A stretch of DNA of 64,000 bases, from assembly GCA_021613535.1 (NCBI GenBank), contig CP075492.1, forward strand, positions 2,480,001 to 2,544,000, in the 5' to 3' direction. The notes beneath the pieces are model-generated. The model searched no databases and was not told the origin of the DNA. It saw only the letters and a list, made by a program, of their open reading frames with translations. Source of the stretch: Adineta vaga. Its lineage: Eukaryota > Animalia > Rotifera. Positions 10,784 through 25,534 of this stretch are shown piece by piece. The translations under genes were made by a program, and so were the position numbers. Position 1 is the stretch's first letter, and every line of letters starts with the position of its first letter.

Positions 10784-13309
10784 ATGTTTAATCATCAAAT
10801 ATGTAGTAAGTATATACTGCTAAAAGATCATAGGCGGTGCATGTAATCGTCTATATATCGATTATTATTTAATGATTTAATTAGTTTTTACAGGTATTCT
10901 GGTTTTGATGTTAACTTTTGTTGTTGGGTCAACGAAAAATTTCAAAATCATAAATGCCATGATAGCTAAGCAATCCAGTAAGATTTAAATCAATACTGAT
11001 TAATTTTATTTCTGAATTGAACTGTAAATGAACGATAATGTATATAGAATTTAGAGTCATTTTTACTAAGACATTAGAGAAAAAATATTTATAGACTTCA
11101 GTTGTGTTTAAAGTCATACAGATACGATACATATATCTTCACCCTCGCATTCTTTGAAATATAATCTTTATATTTATTTTCTGAACTCTCTCTCTCCCTG
11201 GTTTAAGAAGTAGTCTGCCGCACACCATACGGTCCAGTCAGTAGATACCCAACTGGTTCATCACCCATATTTATTACATCAGGTGACTTTAACAATGACA
11301 AAAAACTTGATGTGGTTGTGGCCAACTATGATAACAATACTATAAGTGTGTTAATGGGTAATGGAAATCGAACGTTTCAGAATCAAACCGTATTTGTAGC
11401 TGGCAATGGGCCAATATCTTTGGCGTCTGGCGATTTTAATAATGATAATAAACTAGATTTAGCAGTAGCCAACTATGATGACAATACTATAAGTGTGTTA
11501 GTGAATAATGGAGATGGAACGTTTCAGAATCAAACTACATATTCATCTGGTGACTATCCACGATCAATCACAGTGGGTGATTTCGATAAAGATACTAAAC
11601 TCGACTTAGCAGTTGTCAATCAACGCGATAATAATATCAACATATTCCTAGGCAAAGGAGATGGTACTTTTCAGCATTTATCAACATATTCAACTGGTAA
11701 TCTTCCAATATTTATCTTAGCCATTGATTTAACTGCTGATTCAAAACTGGATCTAGTCGTCTTAAACTATTATGACACCACTATTAGTGTCCTACTTGGT
11801 AATGGCGATGGAACATTTCAAAATCAAACTGCGTATTCAACTGGTGTTGGTCCATCGGCTGTCGTAGGAAGTGATTTCAATAATGATACGAAGTTGGATC
11901 TTGCAGTGGTCAACAGTGCTGACGACTCTATTAGCATTTTGTTAGGCAATGGAAATGGAACTTTTCAAAATCAAAGGAAATTTTCGACTGGTGATAGTCC
12001 ATTATCTATTACAATGGGTGATTTTAATAAGGACATGATATTAGACCTAGCTATATCTAATTTAGGAGCTGGTATTCGAGAGATCGATGATATGCATAGT
12101 ATTAGTGTGCTACTTGGTAATGGAGATGGTACCTTCAAAAATCAAACTACGTATCCTACAGGCAAAACTCCATCATCTATCGTATCAGGTGATTTCGATA
12201 ATGATATGAAATTAGATCTCGTAGTAAGCAATATGGGAGACAGTGTTGTTAACTTGCTGTGTGGCAATGGTGATGGAACATTTTTAAATCAAAAACAATA
12301 CGCAACTGGCCGTGTTCCATTGTCTATTACAACAGATGATTTCAATAATGACATGAAATTAGATCTGGCAGTAGTCAACGGTGCAGACAAAAGTATTAGT
12401 ATATTACTTGGTAATGGAAATGGAACATTTAGGAAACAAACCAACTATTCAGCTGGTAATGGTCCATCGTTTATTACTGCAGGTGATTTCAATGATGACA
12501 AGAAATTAGATCTAGTAGTAACCAATAGTGATAATAACAATGTTAGTGTGCTTCTTGGTAATGGGGATGGAACGTTTCAGAAACAAACAATGTACTCAAC
12601 TGGAAGTAATCCAAGTGCTGTAGTGGTTGGTGATTTTAATAACGATTTCAAACTTGATTTAGCAGTGACTAATTATGGTGAATCCACCATCAGCTTATTA
12701 TTAGGCAATGGAAATGGAACATTTCAACGTCAGACAATGCATTCGATTGGAGATTTTCCAGCGTCTATTGTAAAAGGTTATTTTAATAATGATAATAATT
12801 TAGATTTAGCAGTGACGAATTATGCTCAAGGAACTATAAGCGTACTACTTGGAAATGGAAATGGAACGTTCCAGAAACGAATTAAGTATCCATCTGGTGA
12901 TGCTCCATTATCCATCACCGTAGCCGATTTCAATCAAGATTCCAAACTAGACTTAGCAGTAAGTGCTCAAGGAGAGAATAGCGTCAGCGTACTATTAGGT
13001 AATGGAGATGGTACTTTTCAGAACAGAAAATTATATCCAAGTGGTGCTCATTTATATTCCATTTTTTCAGCTGATTTTAATAACGATAATAAATTTGATG
13101 TAGCAGTAACAAATTTTCTGGACGAAAGTGTCAGTATATTACTTGGCAATGGAGATGGTACTCTCCAAGAACGGATAATCTATTCGGTGGGAGGATTTCC
13201 AACGTTCGTAAAAGGAGGTGCTTTCACAAATGATAAAACTAAAGTCGATCTAGTAGTGGCCGAGAGTGGGAATAACAATGTTGCGGTATTTTTAAATACA
13301 TGTTCATAA
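10784..13309 (+). CDS. Secreted FG-GAP/VCBS repeat beta-propeller protein (3 exons)
   Basis: Exons 10784-10805, 10894-10978 and 11208-13309 splice in frame (MFNHQICSILVLMLTFVVGS...KVVCRTPYG). About 14 repeats of GDFNNDxKLDLAV..ISVLLGNGDGTF. Confidence 0.85.
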
Positions 13310-13469
13310 TTTATTAATTTAATTAAAAATAAATACAAAAAATTCGAAATATCAAAGAAAAAAGAAAGAAAATAAAATTTTGTTCAACTAAGTTTTTTTT
13401 AACGGTCAAAAGGATGTAAGAAACAGCCGTTATTTTAATTTATAAATAAAGTTCTTTTCAGAATCATAG

Positions 13470-15545
13470 AATTCGTTTCATTCGATGTTTATGTCGTTTT
13501 TTTGTTTGAATACGTGATGGATTAAAGATATTTTCAAGTTTAGTAAATATCACATACATGGCTAGAGCGTGTCCAGGTATCAGCACAACAAATATAAGAC
13601 TTGTCATTATCGCGATGGGTTGTTTACATGCTTCTTCCTACAATCATCAACATATATGAATAAAAATGTCTTCAAATTGAGATTAGTACTTACAAAATCT
13701 TTTGGATACATAACAGCAGCTGTAGATTCAGTTGTCAGTGATGATGGAGTTGGACCAGCTGTTGTTGGAGCTGCAATAGATGACATCATATATAAGAGAA
13801 ATATAAAGAATGTTTCATTTGTTACCAGCTGTAGTTAGAGGTGAACTTGATGAAGTTGTTGCTGTTGTTGTAGTAACAGGTGCATTCGTTGTAACGATAA
13901 TACTAGTTGTTGTTAACTAAATATCAAAACATTGACAAGGATAAAAAGAATTGTAGAATGAAATGAAATATACCAAAGTATTGATACTTGTTGTTGATGT
14001 TGGTTTTGTTGTTACTGTCACTGTTGTAAATGGTGTTGTTGTTGTTGTCGATGATACTGCGGGATTCCAAATATTAAATACCCAATAAGTTTTATCAGTG
14101 ATGGGTGCAGATTCAGGTCCTAACAATGTCATTTCATTTCAATTGATCTTATATCAACAAACAATGACTTACCACAAAACTCAGTTCCACTCACAACACC
14201 TACAAATATCGATACAAGATTTAAGAATCCAAAGAGATCATCTCAAGAGAACACATACCACTCTCCATTGTGATGTAGTAGAAGTGACCAGGTTCCCAAA
14301 TGACAGTTATAAAACGAATGACAGTTGTGAAACCGGTGAATGTGACTTCAGGTGCCCAACCACAATCAAACTGTGCCACAGCGGTGTCATTTGCAGCATC
14401 TCGAAAAGAAATTGTTGTACCATTACGCGTTGGTCGATTGACTGACTTTGTTGCTAAAAAGATAACACAATCAAAATACATCGAATGATAAAATCCACGA
14501 AGTTTACTTTGAAAGGAGAAAACTGTCTGATTTTTAAAAACAGTTCTAATTGGAGAAACTGAACCTTGAACTATGGTTGGTCGAATGATGCCAGGTGATT
14601 CAAAACCAACTAAAAATGTGACACACCATTGATTAGATTGAAGATTATTATTGTCAATGGCACCAGCACAAAATGGCTCGGGATCATATTGATTCGATTG
14701 TGGAACCTAACTGAGAATTAAATGATAAATACCTATTCAACGATAGAAATAAGATCAAACTTAAAGATTGAGATGAGACTAACCTGGATTTGGATTGAGA
14801 ATCGCACTCTTTTTCATACCAATCGGAGAACTTGTTATAAAATCATCAATTGTTTGACCAGGGCAAAATGTTTGAACGATAACATATTCAGTGACATTTG
14901 AATTGATCGGTGTAACAATACGAGCTAATGAAATTTTTCAAAATAAGTCTAGATAAAGGTTTGTAGTAGTATATTAACTTACCTTGATTAGGTCGATTAC
15001 CAATGATCTCTGGCGGTTTTGTACAACCAGTGGGTGCAGGATAACTATAAAAAAGAAACTGAAGTGGCACAGAACTCATTGTTGTTAGTGATGTTGAAGT
15101 ATAACAATCTTCGATTTGTAATGCAATTCCTGCATACCAACCAGAGGTTGTTAATGTAGACACAATAGTACAGTTTTCTGGAATAAGTTTTGCACCAGGA
15201 ATGCCACTACAAATTCCACCACATTCATCGAATTGATTTGTGTTACCAGATGTATTTGACCATCGACATTTCAAGATGTCTAAACCATCAAAATCCGGCA
15301 TTTGAACAACATGGGAATATTGCACATACCCAGAACTAACATCAAGTTTTGAGCTATAGTCTGTACAATATGTTTGTGAAGTCCAAGCGTTCCATTTCGA
15401 ACAGCTACCAGCTGGAGATGCAGTTGTACATCGAACATTATTGCCTCCACTAATGGTACCACCATTCGCAATAGTTGTATAATCACAATAAAAAGCATCA
15501 CGACGCCATGAATATCGTTCACGCATGGAGAAAATCCGCTGTAAG
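13470..15545 (-). pseudogene. Sib-like ectodomain + Thr stalk + single-TM gene, pseudogenised
   Basis: Paralogous to 41120-43174 (YCTDYS, DILKCRW, DECGGIC, ALQIED..MSSVPLQFLF) with matching intron positions. 5' end missing, ~60-aa internal deletion, TGG>TAG at 14709-14707, further frameshifts; TM remnant MTSLIFVVLIPGHALAMYVIF. Confidence 0.75.
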
Positions 15546-15622
15546 TCCATTAGGTGTTGCATTAGCAGATCGTCTAGAAATCGACCAAGTTCAAAATTAT
15601 TAGAAAAGTTAAAATAACTAAC

Positions 15623-15695
15623 AATCTTGAGTGTGGGTGTGGGTGTGGGTGTGTGCGAATACAAGAGACTCACAGCCACCGACACCCTCAAGATT
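15623..15695. repeat. Telomere-like palindromic element, copy 5
   Basis: AATCTTGAG tgtgggtgtgggtgtgggtg...aatacaagagac...caccCTCAAGATT; an extra degenerate C-rich arm lies at 15730-15751. Confidence 0.85.
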
Positions 15696-15837
15696 TTTAA
15701 CTTGAGAAACTACATCTTCATAATCCAACATCCATACCACACCAACACCCTTTTACAAGACGAAAAGAATGTTTTTATTACGAAAAATATCGATTTTCTT
15801 TTAAACCATTAATTCTATATTTTAAATAAAAATAAAA

Positions 15838-18800
15838 TTAACAAGTTTGTAAATAAATGCTTAAACTGTCACTTCCATGATTTGCAATAGCAACATCCAT
15901 TTTTCCATCATGACTAAAATCAGCAGCAGCAATTGAAAATGGCTGTGATCCATATGGTAATACATAGAACATAATATCGTCAAATGTTGCATCACCATGA
16001 CCGAGAAAAACTCCAAATTTATTATTGTTATAACTGATAACGACAATATCTAGTATTTGGTCATGATTAAAATAGCCCGTAATAACAGAATAAGGAGACG
16101 AAAATGAGCCAGTGAAATAGGTTGTTTGATTGGTAAACGATCCATTCCCATAGTTTAAAAAAATACCAATATTATCAGATTGAAAATTAGCAGTAACAAT
16201 ATCTAAATGATTATCATGATTGAAATCACCCGTTGCTAATGCAAAAGGAGACGATGATGATCCAGTTGAATATGTTGTTTGATTTGTAAATGAAAAATTT
16301 CCATAGCCAAGAAAAACACCAAAGTTATTAGTGGCTGAATTAGCAACAATAATATCGGCATAAGTATCATTATTAAAATCATCAATAACAAATGATCGTA
16401 ACTGTGAATTATTACCAGTTAGAAGTGTTGTTTGTTTGATGAAAACAAGATTTGGACAACCATACATGACAACTATTGTATTGTCACCAGCATTTGTTAC
16501 AACAAAGTCAAGTATATTATCATTATTTAAATGAGAGACAGCTAAAGCTTGTGGACTTGAACCAGTTGTATGTGTTATTTGAGACGAAAATAGTCCATTT
16601 CCATGGCCTAACAAAACACTGACATAATTACCATCATAATTAGTTAGAATTATATCTTGATAATCATCGTTATTAAAGTCACCAATAGCCACATTTAATG
16701 GAGTGAGACCAACTGGAAATGTTGCTTTATTTGTGAAAGTTCCATTATCGAGACCCAACAGGATAGTTATTGTATTCCCGAACTGATTAGCTATAACAAT
16801 ATCTAGTTGAGTATCATTATTTATGTCGCCAATAGCTATTCCGAATGGACCCTCACCAACTGCATATGTGACTTGCTCGGCAAATGAACCATTGGAAAAT
16901 CCCCAAAAAATACCAATATTATTATCCCAAAAATTACTAACAGCGAGATCCAATTGATTATCGTTATTCAAATCAGTGACAACAACATAGATTGGATACT
17001 GCCCAGTTGCACATGTAATTTGAGTAGTAAATGATCCATTACCATATCCATACAAAATACTTATATTATTGTCATCGCCGTTGGTAACTACTAAATCTAG
17101 TCTTTTATCGTTGTTAAAGTCACCAATAGCTACAGACCATGGGGAAGTGCCAGTTTTATATCTCATTTCATTTGTAAACGAACCATTTTTATATCCAAGG
17201 AAGACACTTAGATCATTCGAGTTCAAATTAGTAACAACAAGATCTGTTTGATTGTCATTATTTAAATCACCCATTGCTAAATATATTGGATTGAAGCCAG
17301 TAGAATATGTCGCATGATTTCCAAAACTTCCATCACCTTGTCCAAAAAGAATACTTACATCATCAGAATCAAAATGAATAACAATAATATCAAGGTAACT
17401 ATCATTATTGATGTCATTTAGTAATATATATTGTGGAAGTATACCAATTGAATATGTCTTTTCAGTTGTAAAAGATCCAGTATTGTATACAGTAAATATA
17501 TCTATACTATCACTATTATCATATCCAACTACAATTTCTGATTGTCCATCATTATTAAAATCACCAGCAGAAACGATCAATGGAGGAGATTTAGAAGGAA
17601 TTTGATAAGTTGTTTGAGAAGTAAATGAACCATGATGGTCTCCAAGTAACATTCCTATTTGATTAAGACCAGAAAGAGTTACAGCAATATCTAATTGAGT
17701 ATCTTTATTAAAATGACCAAGAGTAAGTGAAGATGGTTGCGAATTTGAATTCATATTGATCATAATTTCATCGAGAAAAGTTACATTATCATCATGTCCA
17801 TAAAGAATTCCAATATTATCTGTACCATAATTAGCAACAATAATGTCTAATTGAGTATCGTTATTGATGTCACTAATAATCATCGATCGTAATTGAGATC
17901 CACCACCCGATGCATATGTGAGTTGATTTACAAGAGCACCTCTATTATATTGAAGTAAGATACCTACAGTAGCATTATTATAATTTGTTACAATCAAATC
18001 CAATCGTGTATCATTGTTAAAATCTCCAATAGCTATGGAGTAATAAAATGGATTGACGTAGTATGACACTGCGTAGCTGAATGTTCCATCTCCTTGTCCA
18101 AATAAAATAAATACAGCTGACGATGCAGAAGCACCGATAACGATATCCAATCGTGTATCATTATTCATATCAACAATAACCATAGATGTTGGGTAAAAAC
18201 CCGCTCCATACGTAACCTGTGGAAGAAAAGAACCATTGCCATAGCCTAAGTAAACGCTTACAGTACTGCTATAATAATTAGCAACAACAACATCCATTCG
18301 ACTATTATTATTCAAATCAGCAGCTGCTACAAAACATGGTTGTGTACCAGCAAGATATTTGATTTGATTTGAAAAACTTCCATTGGCATATCCTAGAAGA
18401 ACACTAATACTTCTATTACCAAAATTGGTAACTACAAGATCAAGTTGATTATCATTATTCAAATCAGTTATTGTTACACATTGTGGTTGCGAACCCGTTG
18501 AATATCTCATTTCAGTTTCAAAACTTCCACCACCAATTCCTAATAGAATACTGACCGTATCATTATCATAATTAGCAACAACAATATCTAACAGATAATC
18601 ATTATTCAAATCACCAACAGTCACAAAAACTGGTTTAGTACCAGTTGAATATATATGTGGAGTTAGAAAGGTTCCCTTATCAGTTCCAAAAAATATATAA
18701 ATATTACTACTGTTAGCATTCGTAACAACCATATCCATATTGGTATCGTTATTTAAATCAGCAACTGCCACTGCAGTTGGATTAGAATCAGTTGAATACG

Positions 18801-20486
18801 ATATTTCGCTTCCAAACGATCCATCACCGTGCCCGAAACGGATCACCAAAGTATTATTCGTTTGCATAATAAGTATCATATCTAATATTGCGTCATGATT
18901 CAAATCACTGACAGTTACAAAATATGTTGGATAGCTAACAGTATCCCATGTACTTAATGAAAAACCTTCAAAATAACCTTTAAGAATATCAATATTTCCA
19001 GTATCATTATTAATAATAATTGCATCTAATCGATTATCTTTATTATAATCACATAAAGCAAATGATATTGATGAAGAAGATCCAGTTGAATTCATTCTTG
19101 CATCTGCAAAACTTCCATTTGCATAACCTAAAAGCAATCCTGTATTATTTATTCCAATATTAATGAAAAATAAATCTAATCGATTATCTCCATTGAAATC
19201 ACCAACATCAATTGAATATGGAGAAGATGAATTAATTGAATACAATGTTTCTTTTATAAAATTTCCATTAGCATTATTTAAATATACACCGATATTTTTT
19301 GTACCAAAATGAGTCACTGCAATATCAAGATATTGATCAGAATTAAAATCACCAACAGTAACTGAAGTTGGATGAGAATTAATTCCAGTAGAAATAATAA
19401 ATTGATTTAATAATGTTTTATTATGATTGAATAAAAGAATTTCAATATTATTTGTTTCATAATTTACAATAATAATATCTAAATTATCATCATTATTTAA
19501 ATCTCCAGTAGTTAATGCATACGGAAATGAATCATATCCAGTTGAATAGGTAAATAAATTTGAAAAAATATAATTTCCATTTCCATAGAAAATACTAATA
19601 CTATTAGTTCCATAATTAATAATAATAATATCAATAAATGTATCTCTATTAAAATCAACTAAATGAATTGATATTGGTCGTGAAATACCAGTTGAGATTT
19701 CTACTTGATCTTTAAATGATCCATTTCTAAATCCATAAAAGATTCCAATTGAATGTGTGCCATAATTAGCAACAACAATATCCAAAACTAAATCATTGTT
19801 AAGATCATTTATAGCAACCATCATTGGATTTGAATTACTACCAGTTGAATATTCAATTTGTTTAGAAAAATTTCCATTATTATTTCCAAAATACAGGGCA
19901 ATCTTATTAACAATCGAATTAACAACGACCATATCAATCCAATTATCTTGATTAAAATCAGCAACAGCAACAGATCGAGGACCATAATAATATTCAATTG
20001 GATTTTTATCTGTTCGAACATAATTTAATCCACAAATTGATACTAAAAGAAGTACATAATACAAACAAGATATTTTCTCATTAAAAATATACCTTTAGGT
20101 TTTGGTGTAGTTAAACAAATGATAATAATACCACTGATCATTATAATACATGTAAATATACAAGATATGATAGTAGCGACAATATGATTGGGAATTGTAA
20201 AACCAAAACATTTCCTTAAAATAATTCAATAAAAGATTAGAAAATGAAAAAAATGCATGATATACAATTTTCGTTTCTTTTTATCGTTTAAAATGATTTG
20301 CTTAGTTCTTGTTGGATTTTTTCTATTCGAGAGAGGTTGGGAATTAATTTGTAATGCATGAGAGAATTGCCATTCGACACTCGTATGTTCTGCTGATTCA
20401 GTTCCTCTACGAATCGAATTAATTTCTCCCTAAATTCAAATAATAACAAAAAAAAATAGAAAAGATTGATTCCATACTTGATTCAT
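15838..20486 (-). CDS. Type II membrane FG-GAP/VCBS repeat protein (4 exons)
   Basis: ATG at 20486; short exons encode a cytoplasmic tail and a TM helix (IVATIISCIFTCIIMISGIIIICL); the last exon encodes ~1390 aa of DFNNDxxLDIVV repeats. Confidence 0.85.
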
Positions 20487-21351
20487 ATTGAATTGTATCG
20501 ATTTGATTTTTATCGAAATCTATCTAAAAAGAAAAAAGAAAATAAATACAAATATATTCAGGTACATCGGTGATGACTGAAGAATATTCATTCATTTCTT
20601 TTTATTCAAATAATTTATGAAATGAATGTTATCATATTATATGAATCACAAAATATTTTTTCAAGGTAATTATTCGACATGACCGTAGAATGATGACTGA
20701 AGTATATACATTATTTTTAGTAAAAAAGAAAAAGTAATATAATAGGTGATCAGTCATCATGTAGAACGAAATATCTTTGCTTTTTAGAAGAAAGATTTAC
20801 TTTTATCATTAATATGCGTGAATAAATGATATTTATAATACTTTTCTCTCAATTTCTATTCGATAAGAAACATTGGAATACATACGATTTTCTCTATGTG
20901 ATAATGTTATGTTTGCATATCAAATATCTCTTCGTCGTTTCAGTTGAATAAATCATCAAATCATATTCAACAATAGAACGAAAAAAGAAACCATGTTTTT
21001 TTTACCTTAATAATTTCTATATTTTTGTAATTTAATTGGAAATTAATCGAATGGATACATATATATATATATTTCAGATTCAGTGTCATTTCATCGATTT
21101 AATACGAGTAATTCTAAGAAGAGAAAAAGAACATCATTGAGACTTTTCACCGATTGTTTTACTGATTTTAATGAAATACTCATTTAGCGACCATAAATCT
21201 TCTTCATATCAATTTATTAAATCACGTATAGTAACTCCCAAGATGTTCATACGCACGGAAACAAATTTTAATTGATATTGCGGTTTTTATGAACTGCAAA
21301 AGTCAGACCTTTTATTAGGCTTTTAAAAACTGCTACAAACCACGGTTCTTA

Positions 21352-21401
21352 ACGGGTGTGGGTGCTGTTGGCTTCTTCACCCTCATCCACACCCACACCG
21401 T
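21352..21401. repeat. Telomere-like palindromic element, copy 6
   Basis: acgggtgtgggtg...caccctcatccacacccacaccgt. Confidence 0.8.
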
Positions 21402-21909
21402 ATTGTTTCGAAATCAACATATCATTATTCTTTTTGAAGTATATAACATTTGCAAGACTATGTGAAGAAAAGGGCATGTAGTTACTTTCTTCTTTTCTTT
21501 TCTTTTTTGACTCAATCTTTTAGTGAAGATAAAAACATGAGAAAGAAAAAGAAAAACACATATTTACTTTCACACTGAAACAATAAAGATTTTGTAAATA
21601 CATCAATAGTATGGTTACAATTTCAGCAGAGGTTCGTAATTATTTCAAATTGGATTTATTAATAATTTTCCTCAATTTAATGGTGGTCAATCATAGAATG
21701 ATACAAATACATGCGGAATAAATTATATGACTAATATTTACCCAAATAATGAAAAACTCAATTTAACATTATTACAAAAAATATCTGTTGAGTATGGGGA
21801 TTCAAATAAATGGGATTTAAGTACATTAACTAATATTCTAATATATAGTACTCGTCCGATAACATTAACTCCAGATGATATACAATAGCTCGATCAGGAA
21901 AAACACTTC

Positions 21910-21974
21910 TGGGTGAGAGTGTGGGTGAAGATACGGTAAGAACCAACCTCACCCATACCCTTACCCACCCTCGA
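21910..21974. repeat. Telomere-like palindromic element, copy 7
   Basis: tgggtgagagtgtgggtgaag...cctcacccatacccttacccaccctcga. Confidence 0.8.
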
Positions 21975-22389
21975 TCATCAATGAAAGAGTTGTGTACGGG
22001 ATTACCTCTTTTAGTTATATAATGGAGAGCGTCAGAGTACGATTTATTTTTAATGCTATGTAAGAACATTTTTTCTTTTCCTCCTTCCGTACTTTTGCTC
22101 GAGCATGTTCGTAGTATTACATGACGAAGCATTTTTTCTTTTTCATACATTTGCGAAAGGTCACCTATTCATATATAAAGATATGTTTTCGATCCCACTA
22201 TCACAAATTTTGTTGTTGTCTCTACAAACGTGATACGCACTGATCTCAAGTTTTGTTTAAAATACATGGAGATTCAAGTAGATCATCACCAGATAGATTT
22301 TCTCGTTTCGAAAGCCTTTTTTCAAATGTTCATCTTATTGAAAAGTCTTATTTTTAGATTCTCGTTGTCTAAATTTTACCAACCATAAC

Positions 22390-24025
22390 ATGCAACCAGC
22401 ACCACTCCCTCCATCTGATCTAGGTCGATACCGTATTCTATCGCCCACCGCAGCTGTTCGAGTGTCTCCACTATGTTTGGGTGGAATGTCTATTGGTGAT
22501 GCATGGGAAGCGATGGGCACACAATCCAAAGACAATTCTTTTAAAATTCTCGATGCATTTTTCGATGCAGGTGGTAACTTCATTGATGTAGCAAACAACT
22601 ATCAGAACGAACAAAGTGAAACCTGGATAGGAGAGTGGATGGCTAAGCGACAGAACCGTAGTCAAATAGTGATTGCGACTAAATTCACAACTGGCTATAG
22701 ATCCGATTGGAAAAAAGAACCGATTCATGTGAATTTTGCTGGAAACTCAGCTAAGTCTTTACACGAAAGTTTAGCCGCTTCTTTGAAGAAACTTCAAACG
22801 GATTATATCGATCTCCTCTACGTGCATTGGTAATGATTTAGTTTCACTTCCGCTTGATGAATGACTATAAGATAGATGCTGAGTAGAGATTTATCTCGAA
22901 CAGAAGTTTAGATAGTTCGTTGACATTCTATAGAAACTTCTACGAATTCAATTGAGATTTGGTGTTTTCTATTCTAGGTGGGATTATACTTGTTCAATTC
23001 CTGAATTGATGCAGTCACTTGATCATCTGGTGAAAGCGGGAAAAGTTCTCTACTTGGGAGTGAGTGATACACCTGCCTGGATTGTTTCAAAAGCAAATCA
23101 ATATGCACGAGATCATGGGCTTCGTCAATTCTCGGTCTATCAAGGACTATACAACGCTGCCAAACGCGACGCAGAAAGGGACATTCTACCCATGGTTCAA
23201 GACGAAGGAATGGCCTTTGCACCGTGGGGTGCCCTGGGTCAGGGAAAATTCAAAACACAAGAGCAACTAGAAGAGATGAAGAAGACAGGTGATCAGGGAA
23301 GAACATTTCAAGGCCTAGCAAAAAGTAAATAATCTTCCCTCTTGAATTTTCTAAGTTTACGAGTAATAGTGTCGAAGATTTGATTTGACTTCACTTGTTT
23401 AGTGTCTCTTTTGAGAGTAGCAATATCGTTCAAAAGATAATCTTCGATGAGATATAGGATTGCCCAGATAGTTCTTGCAACAGCTCTTTAGATGATCGAA
23501 TCATTATGCATCGTAAAAATCGAGCCATAGAAAAAGCATCAGCATAGTACAAGTAAAATAGAAAGCAAGAAATAGTATATTTTGCTTGAAATACAAAGAC
23601 AAGCTTCTTTGAATATTTGTGTGATCTATCTTTTAATTTAACTTGTGATAAAGTGTTTGATGTTTGTCTGTGAAATTATTTTAGATTCACCCGAAACTAT
23701 CAAAGCGATTACAGCTGTGCTGGATAAAATCGGTAAATCACGAAAGGTGGCACTGACACAAATTGCTTTGGCTTATGTTTTGGCGAAGCAGCCATATATC
23801 TTTCCGATTGTTGGTGTTCGAAAACTAGAACATTTACAAGATAGTATCGATGCCTTAAAACTGCGTTTAACTCAAGAAGAAATCAAAGAAATCGACGAAG
23901 CAAACGATTTCGATATTGGCTTTCCTCATGATTTTACTGGCACTCAATCCAGTGGAAATATTCTCTTGAAATGGGTGGGTCATTACGATTGGGTTGAAGC
24001 ACCGAAGAGTCTCAATGCTAGTTAA
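22390..24025 (+). CDS. Aldo-keto reductase, fungal aryl-alcohol dehydrogenase type (3 exons)
   Basis: Exons 22390-22829, 22978-23324 and 23685-24025 are in frame. [51 protein letters not shown]; TATATAAA near 22172. Confidence 0.92.
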
Positions 24026-24219
24026 ACACAATAAGAAAACTTTAATAATTTAGTTTTATGAATTCTTTTTCAGTTCTCTCAAATAAACGCATATTAACAG
24101 TGCAGTGCAGTGTTTTCACTTGATGAAAGAAAAGGAACTGAACTTCATCGTCAAATTGATCACTATAATGCAGCGATTTCAATTGTAAAGACATTTTTTC
24201 TTGAAAATAACATACCTAT

Positions 24220-24329
24220 CTCGAGGGCGGGTGTGGGTGTGACTGTGGCTGTGAGTGAGGCTGTTAGGTTGAAGAACAGTCGTACATTCGAACCACACAC
24301 CCACACCCACACCCACCCACACCCTCAAG
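24220..24329. repeat. Telomere-like palindromic element, copy 8 (longest)
   Basis: CTCGAGGGcgggtgtgggtgtg...cacacacccacacccacacccacccacaCCCTCAAG. Confidence 0.88.
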
Positions 24330-25165
24330 TTTAGAATATTGTTCACAATAAAATATGGAATGAAACTTAGATGAACTAGACATATAAAACCATTGAGTTT
24401 CAACTGAATTCAGTATATTTCATTTGAAAAAGTAAATGTCTGTCTTTGTATAAGAAAATTCAAACGCAGTTAAACGATTTGTATTTCCAGTCTGTAATTT
24501 ACATGAGATATTTTGTACTTATGCATAATTGAGCATAAAAATAAGATCCGCCTACATTTAGACGATAGATAATGAATCTCTTTCGAAATTTTGTTGACAA
24601 CCACGTTCCAACACGATTTTAAAAATGGAACGCAGCTAAAAGCGTCTATTCGGCGTTCCGTGTTTACATAGAAATTAAGAAAAAGAAGAAGTCCCTCTTC
24701 GTGGTGTCCATTTATTAGAAACAACATTCATTTTCTGTTTGTTGATTTTTCTTCGCACTTTTTATTATATTCTTAGTTAAGTGTCTTAAAATTCTCAGAT
24801 GCCTTTATAATAAAATGAATACTTTTTGTCAATAAAAAGAAAACTTTTGATCGCGCAAATAATTTATATAGTTTCATCTTTGTTTTTGGAGAAAGAAAGA
24901 AAACGACAGTTAACAAATTGACTATATAAATATTACTCATAACAACAAAAGATTGTTGATGAGCGTTATAAAAACATCACTTACACAACAACTTCAAAAA
25001 TATTCGAAAGACCTGTTTTGGAGAACAGTCGTGAACACAATTCTGAAATTTCTCTGTTATTATCTTATTGATTAAACAATTCCTTTCTAGAAATGGTATA
25101 TTTTATTTAGGTCAAGAAAATGCAGCAATCCGTCAATTTCATGTAGAGTTAGATGGACTCTGGCA

Positions 25166-25248
25166 AGGGTGAGGGGTTCACGAAAAATAAATTTTGGATA
25201 TGGGTGTGGCTGTAAATACAAGAGACCCTTTTCCACACCCAAACCCTA
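25166..25248. repeat. Telomere-like palindromic element, copy 9
   Basis: agggtgagggg...atgggtgtggc..aatacaagagac..ccacacccaaacccta. Confidence 0.7.
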
Positions 25249-25534
25249 TTTAGTCAATAATTAATTTTTGTGCTCGGAAACCAACTTGTATTTCGAATAA
25301 TCGATGATCAATCATTCTATGTATACAGTTCAATATCGTACGAGAGCATATTTTGCTTGTTACATTCAAAAGTAAGATTCCTCCGCATAAAGGTTACACA
25401 TTTGTTCGTCATCTTTCTTGTATAATGTGATAAGAATAGGCAAATCCACTGTTATTTCATCGTTTTCTAATGCTTTCATCTACATTGTCGATACAATAAT
25501 ATTTATACTAGTGCTCTCTAGTTCTATCAACATA

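Noticed and set aside
14888-15691. ORF N-terminus MRVSVAV..HTPTPTPTL as real protein (likewise ORFs at 24110, 24179, 45198, 21830 and 53747)
   Set aside because: These are read-throughs of the palindromic elements or the tRNA.
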